A stretch of 64,000 nt of DNA, taken from IMG/VR virus record IMGVR_UViG_3300028832_002790, positions 25,207 through 89,206 of that record. One strand, written 5' to 3'. Both the position numbers and the translations under genes were made by a program. Below are positions 34,812-44,164 of the stretch, one piece after another. Origin of the DNA: a virus (taxonomy: Duplodnaviria > Caudoviricetes). The notes below the pieces were generated by a model. The model was not told the origin of the DNA, did no database searches, and was given only the letters and a program-made list of their open reading frames with translations. Numbering within the stretch: position 1 is the stretch's first letter; each line of letters starts with the position of its first letter.

Positions 34812-36005
34812 CTAAAATCCGACCTTCGTCTTCTCCTGCTTCTTTCCGCCGTTGTCGTCGGCGTAGTTGTAGACATCGCAGAGAGGCATGTCCTCGGCAG
34901 GAACATCGACGCCAAGCTTCTTTCCGAGAGCCACGGCCTTGTCGGCCTTCAGCTTCTTGAACTCGTACTTCAGCCGCATACGCCCCTTACGAAGAATCGC
35001 CGGATCGATGTCCACGATGTCTGCGTTGAACGTACAGATGAACTTGAACCGGAGGGAATCGCCCAGAATACCGTCCGTAAGGTTTAGGATGGTCGTCATG
35101 CACGAACCGAACCCGGTTCGGTCTGTCAGCAGATCCTCGCAGTCCTCAAGGACGATAATGGAGTTCCTGTGACGCAAGAGCATCTCGATCAGCGAAGAAT
35201 CCGTCATGTGGTGGAAGATCGACTTGTCGAAGAACATAAATCGGTTCTTCGTCCTGTACACCAGATTGCGGATGTAGGATGTCTTTCCGGTTCCGGGCTC
35301 TCCGTGCAGAACCATCAGCCCGCTTTCGTCGGAGTTGATCCACTTGAAGATCCTGTCGTCGGGAATATCGTCGTTGTAGTTCTTCTTTACATCGCAATCC
35401 TGATGCTTGACCTTAAGAGATGTCGTATGGAACGTGCGGTCGAACACAACATAGTCGACCATCTTGATCCTGCTGTCCTCCTTCCACTTCACGGCCTTTA
35501 CAACCTTCTTGAATACGCTCTCCTTGGCGCTGTCATAAAGGACATTCAACCCAAGCTGCATGATATTGGCCATGAACCCGTCCGCAATAATAAAAATGCA
35601 TCCGCGATTCATAGCATTCATATAGAGGCCATCCTTTCCGAACGATTCCACCAGAGATTCGGCGGTGGCATCCATATCACAAACATCCTTCAGACCGATC
35701 TTCTCATCCGAGAACTCGGCGAAGCTGTCATTCTTGAACTCGACGTTGACGACTGTTCCCTGAACACCGAACATCTCATAGAACAAGACCTTGAGATCTG
35801 GAAGGGACGTGTTGAACTGAATGACATCCCCCCTCGTCTTGGCCAAAGCAGCGGTTACTCGGCTGTGCATCTCTCCACAGCGAGTCTTCCGAACTGCATC
35901 GGCGAACTTGTCCGTGACGGATACGCGAAAATCCTCGGCTTCCGCGCAATCGTCGTCATCTGGCTCGTAGTAGTTGAAATCGTCGTCTATTGGTGCATCG
36001 CTCAT
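34812..36005 (-). CDS. AAA+ ATPase (classic AAA clade), 397 aa
   Basis: GEPGTGKT, IIVLEDCE, TTILNLTDG, FICTFN, IDPAILRKGR; true start at ATG 36005 because the track start lies in tRNA-Pro. Confidence 0.85.
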   Translation of the reverse strand: MSDAPIDDDFNYYEPDDDDCAEAEDFRVSVTDKFADAVRKTRCGEMHSRVTAALAKTRGDVIQFNTSLPDLKVLFYEMFGVQGTVVNVEFKNDSFAEFSDEKIGLKDVCDMDATAESLVESFGKDGLYMNAMNRGCIFIIADGFMANIMQLGLNVLYDSAKESVFKKVVKAVKWKEDSRIKMVDYVVFDRTFHTTSLKVKHQDCDVKKNYNDDIPDDRIFKWINSDESGLMVLHGEPGTGKTSYIRNLVYRTKNRFMFFDKSIFHHMTDSSLIEMLLRHRNSIIVLEDCEDLLTDRTGFGSCMTTILNLTDGILGDSLRFKFICTFNADIVDIDPAILRKGRMRLKYEFKKLKADKAVALGKKLGVDVPAEDMPLCDVYNYADDNGGKKQEKTKVGF

Positions 36006-36036
36006 TTTTAGGTTTATTTGGATTTGTGGTTTAAAT

Positions 36037-36111
36037 TGGTCGGGGTGGTTGGACTCGAACCAACTTATTCTGGCTCCCAAAGCCAGCGACCGACCTATGG
36101 CCCACACCCCG
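36037..36111 (-). tRNA. trnP: tRNA-Pro(UGG)
   Basis: CGGGGTG/CACCCCG, loop TT-TGG-GA, A73-CCA. Confidence 0.93.
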
Positions 36112-36115
36112 TTAT

Positions 36116-36191
36116 TGGTGCCCCATGTAGGATTCGAACCTACAGGCAGGGATTAGAAATCCCTTCGTTTATCCAATTAACGGAATGGGGC
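36116..36191 (-). tRNA. trnR: tRNA-Arg(UCU)
   Basis: GCCCCAT/ATGGGGC, loop TT-TCT-AA, CCA. Confidence 0.93.
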
Positions 36192-36200
36192 GATGGGACT

Positions 36201-36229
36201 AATCTACCATATTTACCTAGATCTGTCAA
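36201..36229 (-). promoter_or_regulatory. sigma70-type promoter of the Arg-Pro tRNA / AAA ATPase unit
   Basis: TTGACA-N17(ending TGG)-TAGATT. Confidence 0.8.
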
Positions 36230-36449
36230 TCTCTTTCAGCACCATGTTGCTATGCGGATAGCTGAAATCTACGAAGATGTCGCCAAACGATCCTTCCATG
36301 AACGACCAAGCCCACTCAAGAAAGAACTTCTTCTTCTCTTCATCATACATCAAATATAATTCCGCGTTGTCAGGGATGTCAGAATTCTGAAGCCATTCCA
36401 TCATCTCCTGCTTGGTTATTCCATTGTTTGTCTTGAGCGGTTCTTGCAT
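36213..36449 (-). CDS. Hypothetical protein, 78 aa
   Basis: ATG follows the polymerase stop by 1 nt. Confidence 0.55.
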   Translation of the reverse strand: MQEPLKTNNGITKQEMMEWLQNSDIPDNAELYLMYDEEKKKFFLEWAWSFMEGSFGDIFVDFSYPHSNMVLKEIDRSR

Positions 36450-36450
36450 T

Positions 36451-39060
36451 CTACAGTCCCAAAATGTCATTCAAATCGACAGCCTCTTCTAGCGTTGGGT
36501 CGATCTCCGGCCAACCAACGACCTCGAAACACTTCTGGACGCACGACCACACGGTCTTCAGGAACATAGTCCTGTCGTCGATGACGAGATCCTTCTCCCA
36601 CTCCGTTGGGATCTTCTTCTTGAACGCGAACGACTTCAGCCCAAAACGGTTCGGCTCCTTCACGTAGATAATGCGGATCTTGTCGCCCTCGGTGATCTTC
36701 TCGTACTTTCTGTCGAGCCCCTCGTCGCGGAGCATCTCGTTGAATGTGATTCCGGCGACAACCTGACGCGGAGTGCCCTTCGCTGGCACGAACTTCCCGT
36801 CCCTGTCTCTCGTCCCCTTGTCATAGTACTCCTGCATCTTGTTGCACCCGATGGCCACCGACTTCTCAAGAGTCGTAAGCTTCTGGTACTCCATCCAGCA
36901 TTTTTTGGCGAGATCTACGATCTTCGAACGATCCTGCGTCTTGATGGCGGTTTCGATGATTCCACGGATCATCGGCTTGACCTTCTCCGGCGTGGAGGAA
37001 CGCACGACCGACATTCCGTGATAAGTGATCTTGTCGCAAAGAACCCCCTCATCGTCCATAACATGGAGAGCGTACATCTTCTTGGCGAGCCAGATTCCGC
37101 CGTTGGGGGCGATGGCCTCGCGCTTGAATACGATGCACGGGCTCTTGCAATTGCGGTGCTCCCGCAGGAACTTGTCGATCTCCGAATTGACATAATCGGA
37201 AATCTCGTCGACGATCGGATAGACGTCCGGGTTGATCGCGCCGTCCGTTATCATGCTCATACCGCGCTTCTTCAGGATCGGATCGATCGTAAGATAGGCG
37301 GAATCCGTGTCCTGATAGATGGTGGCGTTGAACGATTCCTCGCCGATCATCGACCCGACCTTCCGGTTCACGATGTCGGCCGTCTTCTTGATGACCTCTC
37401 GTCCAAGCGAAGTGATGGACTTCGACAGGTCGAGGTCGAACATGGCACCGTGCTTCTCGCCCATGGCACCGTAGATCGAATTCAGCTGGATCTTGGCGAG
37501 CCACTGTCTGATGTTAAGGAAGCTCGCCTCGTCCTCGATCGCTTTGATCTCGGCTTCGGTTCCTGTTCCGTTCATACGCATCTCCGACGCCTTCTTTTCC
37601 AGTTCGAGCATCTTCTTCTTCGTGCTCTTTCTTACGCCATACAGCCTTTCGACCAGAGCGGGGATGATGCCCTGTCTGCTCTGCGTGTACATAACGCCGT
37701 TCGGCGCGATGGCCACGCCGCTTCTATTCACGAAGTCGTCAAACTGATCCTTCGTGAACCTGCGGCCCTTGCCGGACACCGTTCTGACGTCTACGGACTG
37801 GCCGTCCTCCGTATAGCAATACCAGCCAACCTTCGTTTCGTTCGAAATGTTCAGCGTCCTGATGGCGGACGGATACAGGGAATTCACGTCGAGCGAAACG
37901 ATCGACCGGGAGAACCCGATCTGAGGCTCGGCCACGTATCCTCCCTCGAACTCGACCTTGGCGTCCGAATTATCGAACGATGAAATGATGCGGTTCCTCT
38001 TAAGCGCCTCAAGCGCCTCCAACCCCGTGATGATCGGAAGGGTGGACAGCGAATCTCCGATCGGGGCGAGCGCGGAATACGACATGTGTCGGCACAGCTG
38101 CATATACTTCAGCTTGTCCTCCAGCTTCACGAGCAAACGGACGTCCTGAATGTTATAGTCGATGAACTCTCTCGGATTGTTGATCCACCATTCGGCGAGG
38201 GATCCGTCGTATTCCAGCTTCTGTCCGAGCCCCTCTGCGGAGCACACCGAGTTGAGGGAATACGATTCCAGCTTCTTCGGCGAGAATTTATAATACGCCG
38301 CCTGCATATCGATGTGCGTAACGCCCTCGATCGTCCAAAGCTGGTCGTAGATCCTCTCCACAGCACCAAACCGCTTCTTGCAGTCCTCCTTGTGGTATGC
38401 CCGTCCCACTGGAGACAGCTTCGCTGCCGCAAACTCGTCCCCGTAGATTCTGGCCAGACGGTTGCAGATGTACGGCATATCGAACCCATATGAGTACCAG
38501 CCGGACACGATGTCGGGAAAATGCTTCCTCCACCACCTGACGAACCCACGAAGCATCTCGTTCTCGTTCTTGTAGTAACGGTAGATAACGTCGTCGTCCT
38601 TTTCGAAGTATGTGCATCCGTTTCCGAACACGGTGTAGTGCTTGGTAATGGAATCGTACACGGTTATGACGGTAATCTCGTCCAGCGCCTCAAGAGGATT
38701 CGGGAATCCGTTCGGTGAATAAGTCTCGATATCGATGAAGAACACGCGAAGCGGATTCTTCGAGAAATCCGGGTCTTCCTCGTGTCCGTGGAACTGGTCG
38801 ATAAGAAACTGTTGGCAGACCGGAAGATTGAAATAGGTCTTCTTCGTGCCTTCGCAGAACCTCCTTCTGGCACCGGCGTCCTTGAACTCCATCTTCTGTA
38901 GATGTTCCTCGTAGATGGAGATTGCGTCGTGGGCGGAGTTGTCCCTCAGGTATAGATAAGGCTTGAACGGCACGGTCTTTTCAATGTGGTTGCCGTACTC
39001 GTCCCAAGTCGAATACCAGATCGACGAATCCTTGTAGTTGTAGACAATGTTCCCGTACAT
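36451..39060 (-). CDS. 43: Family B DNA polymerase (T4 gp43), 869 aa
   Basis: Exo I DIET, SLDVNSLYPS, KIQLNSIYG, YQDTDS, KKMYA; start moved to ATG 39060. Confidence 0.97.
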   Translation of the reverse strand: MYGNIVYNYKDSSIWYSTWDEYGNHIEKTVPFKPYLYLRDNSAHDAISIYEEHLQKMEFKDAGARRRFCEGTKKTYFNLPVCQQFLIDQFHGHEEDPDFSKNPLRVFFIDIETYSPNGFPNPLEALDEITVITVYDSITKHYTVFGNGCTYFEKDDDVIYRYYKNENEMLRGFVRWWRKHFPDIVSGWYSYGFDMPYICNRLARIYGDEFAAAKLSPVGRAYHKEDCKKRFGAVERIYDQLWTIEGVTHIDMQAAYYKFSPKKLESYSLNSVCSAEGLGQKLEYDGSLAEWWINNPREFIDYNIQDVRLLVKLEDKLKYMQLCRHMSYSALAPIGDSLSTLPIITGLEALEALKRNRIISSFDNSDAKVEFEGGYVAEPQIGFSRSIVSLDVNSLYPSAIRTLNISNETKVGWYCYTEDGQSVDVRTVSGKGRRFTKDQFDDFVNRSGVAIAPNGVMYTQSRQGIIPALVERLYGVRKSTKKKMLELEKKASEMRMNGTGTEAEIKAIEDEASFLNIRQWLAKIQLNSIYGAMGEKHGAMFDLDLSKSITSLGREVIKKTADIVNRKVGSMIGEESFNATIYQDTDSAYLTIDPILKKRGMSMITDGAINPDVYPIVDEISDYVNSEIDKFLREHRNCKSPCIVFKREAIAPNGGIWLAKKMYALHVMDDEGVLCDKITYHGMSVVRSSTPEKVKPMIRGIIETAIKTQDRSKIVDLAKKCWMEYQKLTTLEKSVAIGCNKMQEYYDKGTRDRDGKFVPAKGTPRQVVAGITFNEMLRDEGLDRKYEKITEGDKIRIIYVKEPNRFGLKSFAFKKKIPTEWEKDLVIDDRTMFLKTVWSCVQKCFEVVGWPEIDPTLEEAVDLNDILGL

Positions 39061-39068
39061 GTCCGAAT

Positions 39069-39097
39069 ATGCTACCATCTCCGGCGTAAAACGTCAA
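39069..39097 (-). promoter_or_regulatory. sigma70-type promoter, 8 nt before the polymerase ATG
   Basis: TTGACG-N17(ending TGG)-TAGCAT-N8-ATG. Confidence 0.75.
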
Positions 39098-39103
39098 GCG
39101 GTT

Positions 39104-39514
39104 TCATACCCGCCTCGTAATGGACGCGCCGGATATGTAGTAGTCGCCGTCGTCGTTCAGCCACATCGTGGCCGTGGCCGTTCCGTCCGTATAGGACAAC
39201 GCAAACTTAACAATTAACCGCTGATCCAACTCTGTTTCGTTTATTATGGCGGGTTGGTTGAACGAATTGGATGTCTCCATATTCACGCTCCTGATAAAAA
39301 GAGGCTCTTTCACCAGAACAGATTCGATCAGGCGCATAACGGCCATTACAGCAGCGTTGTCCTCGAAAACATGAAGCTCCGCCAACAGCCTCATTGAGCT
39401 CGCAACGCGCAGACCGTCATACAGGTACATATTATTATTGATAATAGCCTGCATCACCTTCATCACACGATACGAAAAATCCTTCTTCTTATTTGATTTC
39501 GACGATCGAATCAT
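39104..39514 (-). CDS. Hypothetical protein, up to 136 aa
   Basis: ORF fills the gap; start uncertain. Confidence 0.55.
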   Translation of the reverse strand: MIRSSKSNKKKDFSYRVMKVMQAIINNNMYLYDGLRVASSMRLLAELHVFEDNAAVMAVMRLIESVLVKEPLFIRSVNMETSNSFNQPAIINETELDQRLIVKFALSYTDGTATATMWLNDDGDYYISGASITRRV

Positions 39515-40283
39515 ACCAATGATCCTCCTTCAGCTGCGGCCAAGGCCCGTACCAAGTCCCGTGATATCCTATCGGATTCCTGTAATACCTTACTCCGTCT
39601 ACAACCTCGTCGAATCTGGAGTGCTTGTGGCCGCATATCCACAGATCCGGCTTTATGTCGGAACAGCTGTTGTCGTCGCAGAAATACGCGGCGTCCGTGT
39701 ACAACTTTTCCTCGTTCCTGTGCCACTTATCCGCCATGAACACCCCCGGATTATGATGTGTTACGACTACGACCTTCTTTCCCTCGGCCCTGTACTTGTC
39801 GACGCGCTGCTTGATCCAAGCATTCTCCTCGTTGAAACGCTCGTGCCAGATTTCCGAGTTCCATCCGGGAATCCACCGATAGTCGTTCATATCGCGCTCG
39901 ACGCAGAACTGGTTCTGTATGCGGGAAAGAGAAGTCCACATCGTAGTACCGAAAATCGCAACATCGCCGTCGACCACCTCGAATGTCCTGTTCTTCGGCG
40001 GCTTGTTTCGTTTACCGAATCGCTCGCAATAATAATCATGGTTGCCCTTTATCCACAGGACATCCTTGAACTTGCCCTTGTTCTCTTCCTTTATAGTCTC
40101 AAGAACCTTCTTGTAGGTGCTGTTGGTTCCAAGATCGCCAGCTATGATCAAATAATCGGCCTCCTTCAGCTTCGTCGGATCGAAAATGTTCCAATCGAGA
40201 ACCTTTTCGTTCAAATGGCCGGGTTCGTCGCTCCAAGTATAATTGATATGAAGGTCTGAAATAACATTAAACGTCATCGTCAA
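39489..40283 (-). CDS. Calcineurin-like metallophosphoesterase, 264 aa
   Basis: SDLH, AGDL, GNHD, THH, GHKH. Confidence 0.9.
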   Translation of the reverse strand: MTMTFNVISDLHINYTWSDEPGHLNEKVLDWNIFDPTKLKEADYLIIAGDLGTNSTYKKVLETIKEENKGKFKDVLWIKGNHDYYCERFGKRNKPPKNRTFEVVDGDVAIFGTTMWTSLSRIQNQFCVERDMNDYRWIPGWNSEIWHERFNEENAWIKQRVDKYRAEGKKVVVVTHHNPGVFMADKWHRNEEKLYTDAAYFCDDNSCSDIKPDLWICGHKHSRFDEVVDGVRYYRNPIGYHGTWYGPWPQLKEDHWYDSIVEIK

Positions 40284-40713
40284 AAATTCTCATATATTCG
40301 TTCACCAGCTGCTTTACGCCAGCAGGCGTGCGCGCAACATTCTCCCTGCACTTGACGCCCTCGGTCGCAATCACTTTAGTCCACTCCACGCCGGAACGAA
40401 TGACAATGTGCTTCATGTCGCACGGGTGCAAATACACCTGAAGCCCAAGCGCAAGACTTTTCTTCGAGCTCCTCGGAAAATACGATTCTCCTCCGTCATC
40501 TACATTGAATTCCAGCTTGTACGTCTCGTTCTCAAACACGACACACTCGACTTCGAACTTGTGTCCGGTCTTTTCCTCGTTGTCCCTTACCGTCTCCACG
40601 GCAGCCAGAAAGCAATCGATCATATTGGCGTTCTCGTCCTTCGACTTTCCGTTGATCCGGTCGACGAACGAGACGAACTCTATGATTTTTTCGATTCCCT
40701 TTATCTCGAACAT
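40267..40713 (-). CDS. Hypothetical protein, 148 aa
   Basis: TAATG-coupled start at 40713. Confidence 0.6.
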   Translation of the reverse strand: MFEIKGIEKIIEFVSFVDRINGKSKDENANMIDCFLAAVETVRDNEEKTGHKFEVECVVFENETYKLEFNVDDGGESYFPRSSKKSLALGLQVYLHPCDMKHIVIRSGVEWTKVIATEGVKCRENVARTPAGVKQLVNEYMRIFDDDV

Positions 40714-40961
40714 TATCTGCTCAGTGTTGTCGTTCCCATCACGACTCCGCGCTTCGGAAGAACCGTGATCCAATGATGCATCGTGATGTCTCTGCGATTC
40801 GCCTCGCGGATGGCTTCCTCCAAGCTCTCCGTCGTAAGGATTGGAACCCCGGTCTTATCCATAAGCACATAGTACTTGTTCGGAGACTCCTCCGTACACC
40901 CCATGTACTCGATGTGATCGCGGATGTTCCAATCGTCGGACACTATGTCGTAATCAGCCAT
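40713..40961 (-). CDS. Hypothetical protein, 82 aa
   Basis: Overlaps the uvsX stop. Confidence 0.55.
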   Translation of the reverse strand: MADYDIVSDDWNIRDHIEYMGCTEESPNKYYVLMDKTGVPILTTESLEEAIREANRRDITMHHWITVLPKRGVVMGTTTLSR

Positions 40962-42096
40962 CGATTTCCTCCAGTTCGTCGACGCAGGACAGCGCAGTCT
41001 CCCGTTTCAGGATCTCGTCGAGCTCGTCCAGATGCTTGTCCCAAAACTCCTTGTTGTCGAATGTCTTGGCGTATCCGAGCTTCTCTTCGCCGAGATAGTA
41101 GGTCGGGCCGGTCTGCTTGATGTATCCGCTCTGGACGGCAAGATCGAGAAGACCGCTATACGGATCTATTCCTGTTCTGTAATTCAGCTTGACGTCGCAC
41201 TCTAGCTCTCCGACGATGAACCGATTCTTCGTCGTCATAAAGTGCAGATTTCTTCCGACGGTGCGATTTGCCAGCGACGACCGGTCGTCCCCTTCGTTGT
41301 CCTTCGTCTTCTCAAGCGTCATGCTCATCTGAAGAAGGACGGACGCGAGGTAGAGAACCTTGGATCCTCCGCTCTGTTTCTTGACAAGACTGGGGTACAT
41401 CTCCATGCTCTCGTAAGTGTGGTTGGAGAACACCACCGGTGCTCTGGCAACCGCAGACAGATTCGTGACAACACGAAGAAGCGTGCCCATCACCTTTGCG
41501 CGCTGCCCCATGTCTCCGGCAACAGCGTTGTCCAACGAATTGGCGAGCTCCTTCTTCGAAATAAGATTTCCTAAGGAGTCGATGATGATCATAACCTTCT
41601 GTCTCGGCTTCCTGTCGGCTTCGTCGGCCGTCTTGTTGAACTCGTCGATCTTCTTGTTTGCGTCGATCACCTTCTGTAGCACATTGGCGATCTGGCTCTG
41701 TGTGTCCTCGATGGTGACAGCCGTGACGTGCATAATTTTATTGACATCGCATCCGAGCCGTCTGGCGCTTTCCGTGTCTAGGGCATTTTCGGAATCGAAA
41801 TACACGGGAAGATATCCCATTTTCTGCGCCGTTCTGATGCACTTGAGCATCATCATCGTCTTACCGACGCCAGAAGGCCCGGCGAATCCGGTTACCCTGC
41901 CAGAAGGAATTCCGCCGTGTACCGATCCGCTTATGATCGCATTCAATGCATAATTGCCGGTATTGATGTACTCGCTGACATTTGAAATCGCCTCATCCGA
42001 CAGAAACGAAGCCTGAAGACCGCCTGAACTGAGATCCTTCAGCAACTTGTTTGCGTCGAAGTCGGAACCTTCGCTCGATGTAGACTTTTTTGCCAT
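40954..42096 (-). CDS. uvsX: RecA-like recombinase UvsX, 380 aa
   Basis: YINTGNYALNAIISG, GPSGVGKT, IIDSLG, NHTY, KNRF; SD AAGGAG; promoter TTGATT-N17-TAAATT (42119-42147). Confidence 0.95.
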   Translation of the reverse strand: MAKKSTSSEGSDFDANKLLKDLSSGGLQASFLSDEAISNVSEYINTGNYALNAIISGSVHGGIPSGRVTGFAGPSGVGKTMMMLKCIRTAQKMGYLPVYFDSENALDTESARRLGCDVNKIMHVTAVTIEDTQSQIANVLQKVIDANKKIDEFNKTADEADRKPRQKVMIIIDSLGNLISKKELANSLDNAVAGDMGQRAKVMGTLLRVVTNLSAVARAPVVFSNHTYESMEMYPSLVKKQSGGSKVLYLASVLLQMSMTLEKTKDNEGDDRSSLANRTVGRNLHFMTTKNRFIVGELECDVKLNYRTGIDPYSGLLDLAVQSGYIKQTGPTYYLGEEKLGYAKTFDNKEFWDKHLDELDEILKRETALSCVDELEEIDG

Positions 42097-42147
42097 ATTC
42101 TCTCTCCTTAACAATGTTAATTTATCATAAACGAACCAAAAAATCAA

Positions 42148-42182
42148 CAAAAAAGAATCGGCTCATTCGTGAGCCGATTCTT
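42148..42182 (-). terminator. Intrinsic terminator
   Basis: 12-bp stem AAGAATCGGCTC/GAGCCGATTCTT plus a U tract on the minus strand. Confidence 0.85.
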
Positions 42183-42362
42183 GTATACGGTGGTTCAGCC
42201 CTATTTCTTCTTGCCGTGCAGCAATTCCACGTCTTTTCTGCGCTGCTCCTTCATTCGTAGAAGCAAATCCTGTATGTCCTGCTTCTGGAACGATGAATTT
42301 AGTGCTTTTTTAACTACGCTGGCTTTTCCGCATACCGGACATCCCATATTTTCACCTCAAGA

Positions 42363-42821
42363 CTATTTATCAGTCTGAGGCTCTAATTCAGGGGTGGTTT
42401 GCGGGGCCTGCGGCGGCGGCGGAGTAGCTGTCTGCGGGGCTGCCGTTGTCTCCGGGATCGGGTTGCCGTTCTGGTCCACCTTCGTCCGAACTCCGTTCTC
42501 GATTCTTGAGAACGAATTGTAGTAATGCAACTTCAGAATGTCGGCGAAAGCCTTGCCCTCGAAGAAGTTGTACTTATCAATGGCGATGTCCCACAGCTGG
42601 TCCTCGTTGTGGTCGGCCATAAGGTCGCGGAAGGCCCAAGCCGGGCATTCTAGCGAGATTCTCACGCCGCCCTTTTCGTCCTGACGCGGGACGATCGACA
42701 CCCACAAAGGGTTCTTGATTCGAATTCTCCCCTCCGAAATCGGTTCGATGTAGGTCGCCAAGGCAACGTGCCCAACGGCGTCTACGAACATAATGAGGTC
42801 ATTCTTCTTATATTCTATCAT
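42363..42821 (-). CDS. Hypothetical protein (Sm/SH3-like beta-barrel candidate) with a Pro-rich tail, 152 aa
   Basis: Beta-rich pattern with IRIKNP; fold guess only. Confidence 0.5.
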   Translation of the reverse strand: MIEYKKNDLIMFVDAVGHVALATYIEPISEGRIRIKNPLWVSIVPRQDEKGGVRISLECPAWAFRDLMADHNEDQLWDIAIDKYNFFEGKAFADILKLHYYNSFSRIENGVRTKVDQNGNPIPETTAAPQTATPPPPQAPQTTPELEPQTDK

Positions 42822-42836
42822 TTTATTTCTCCAAAA

Positions 42837-43178
42837 TCATTCTCTTTCCTTGAAAAGCCCGGACACGGCGCACACCATAGTGACGACCTGATCGAACTCT
42901 CCGAGATCGATGTTCTTTCCCATCACTCGCTTCCTCAGGAAACGAACGACATCGGCAAGTTCCCTGTCCAGCGAAAAAAGGTGCTTTTCGGCGCACGCTA
43001 AGTCGCCGATGCACCACATCAGATCGCGGATGGACTCGTTGTCCTGCAAATACTCGAAGTATTCGATCCGCGCGCTCGTAAGATGCTTGACCGAACATTC
43101 CCAGCAAGCCGAGATGTCGGTAAAAGAATCCTTCTCCACTATATCGGGAGAAGGATTGTCCCCACTGCCCTTAGTCAT
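42837..43178 (-). CDS. Hypothetical protein with a CWEC..KH motif, 113 aa
   Basis: Start overlaps the upstream stop. Confidence 0.6.
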   Translation of the reverse strand: MTKGSGDNPSPDIVEKDSFTDISACWECSVKHLTSARIEYFEYLQDNESIRDLMWCIGDLACAEKHLFSLDRELADVVRFLRKRVMGKNIDLGEFDQVVTMVCAVSGLFKERE

Positions 43179-43554
43179 CCCAGACACCAACCTCATACCC
43201 AGTGGGAACAATGTCAAAATCGCTCTTCACCACGAGGCCGTTCTTGAACTCGAAACCATACTTGGACCGCATCGTGTCGACGGCGTACTGGGTGGATTCC
43301 GTCGGTTCGAACATCTCGTGGCTGACCTGTGCGACGTCGGCGGCGACGGCACGCTGGTACGCGAGTCCCCGCGCGGTCATCTTGTTGAAGAACTTCTCCT
43401 TGGTGGAGCAGAACGAAAGCCCGCGAGAGATCTTCATCGTGCTCTTGTTCCGAACCATGCAGACGCAGGCGAGCGAATGCTGTCCGGGGCAGTTGCGCTT
43501 CTCGTTCTTGATGTAATAGTACCGAACGTCGTAATTATCCTTGTCAATCTTCAT
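43171..43554 (-). CDS. Phage protein, 127 aa
   Basis: SRGLSFCSTKEKFFNK..ARGLAYQRA motif; AGGAG SD; promoter TTGACA-N17-TAATAT (43587-43615). Confidence 0.65.
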   Translation of the reverse strand: MKIDKDNYDVRYYYIKNEKRNCPGQHSLACVCMVRNKSTMKISRGLSFCSTKEKFFNKMTARGLAYQRAVAADVAQVSHEMFEPTESTQYAVDTMRSKYGFEFKNGLVVKSDFDIVPTGYEVGVWDD

Positions 43555-43618
43555 TTGATTCTCCTGTTGGTGTTGCTGATGGGGCCATATTAGCAAATGT
43601 CAAAGAATATGTCAAGCG

Positions 43619-44164
43619 CTAAATTTGCGGAAGCATCTCGGGCTTAATGTCCTCCAAACGAGGCCACTTCAAGTCCTTACTGGACAAATTCTGATTCCGC
43701 CACTCGTCCGTGTTTTCCGTTTTCCAATCCGCATCGATCGAATCGAACCGACATCCGTACTCGTCCTTCGGATCGTAGGCGTCCCTAATGAGATAAGTGA
43801 CGACATTATGATCCGCGTTCGCCTGAAACCCGTGTGCGAATCCCTTCGGTATGAACAGCTGGTTGTTGTCCCCGCCATCGAGCATAAACTCGTACACCAC
43901 CCCGAAATTTGGAGATCTCGGACGAAGATCCACGCATACATCGTATATTTCTCCGAAAAGGCACGAAAGAACCTTGTCCTGTGGATTCCGTATCTGCCAA
44001 TGCATTCCGCGTATCACTCCCTTTGAGGAAACCGACACATTGATTTGCTTCATATCCTTCATAACACAAAGCTGTCTGAAGCTTCCTCGGTTGTCGAAGT
44101 AGATTTTCCCGTTCATTACGAACGGAATCGAGAACGACGGATCGAAAATGTGTGATTTTTTCAT
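43619..44164 (-). CDS. rmlC: dTDP-4-dehydrorhamnose 3,5-epimerase (RmlC family), ~181 aa
   Basis: FDNRGSF, QINVSVSSKGVIRGMHWQ, DVCVDLRPRSPNFG, IPKGFAHGF. Confidence 0.92.
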   Translation of the reverse strand: MKKSHIFDPSFSIPFVMNGKIYFDNRGSFRQLCVMKDMKQINVSVSSKGVIRGMHWQIRNPQDKVLSCLFGEIYDVCVDLRPRSPNFGVVYEFMLDGGDNNQLFIPKGFAHGFQANADHNVVTYLIRDAYDPKDEYGCRFDSIDADWKTENTDEWRNQNLSSKDLKWPRLEDIKPEMLPQI

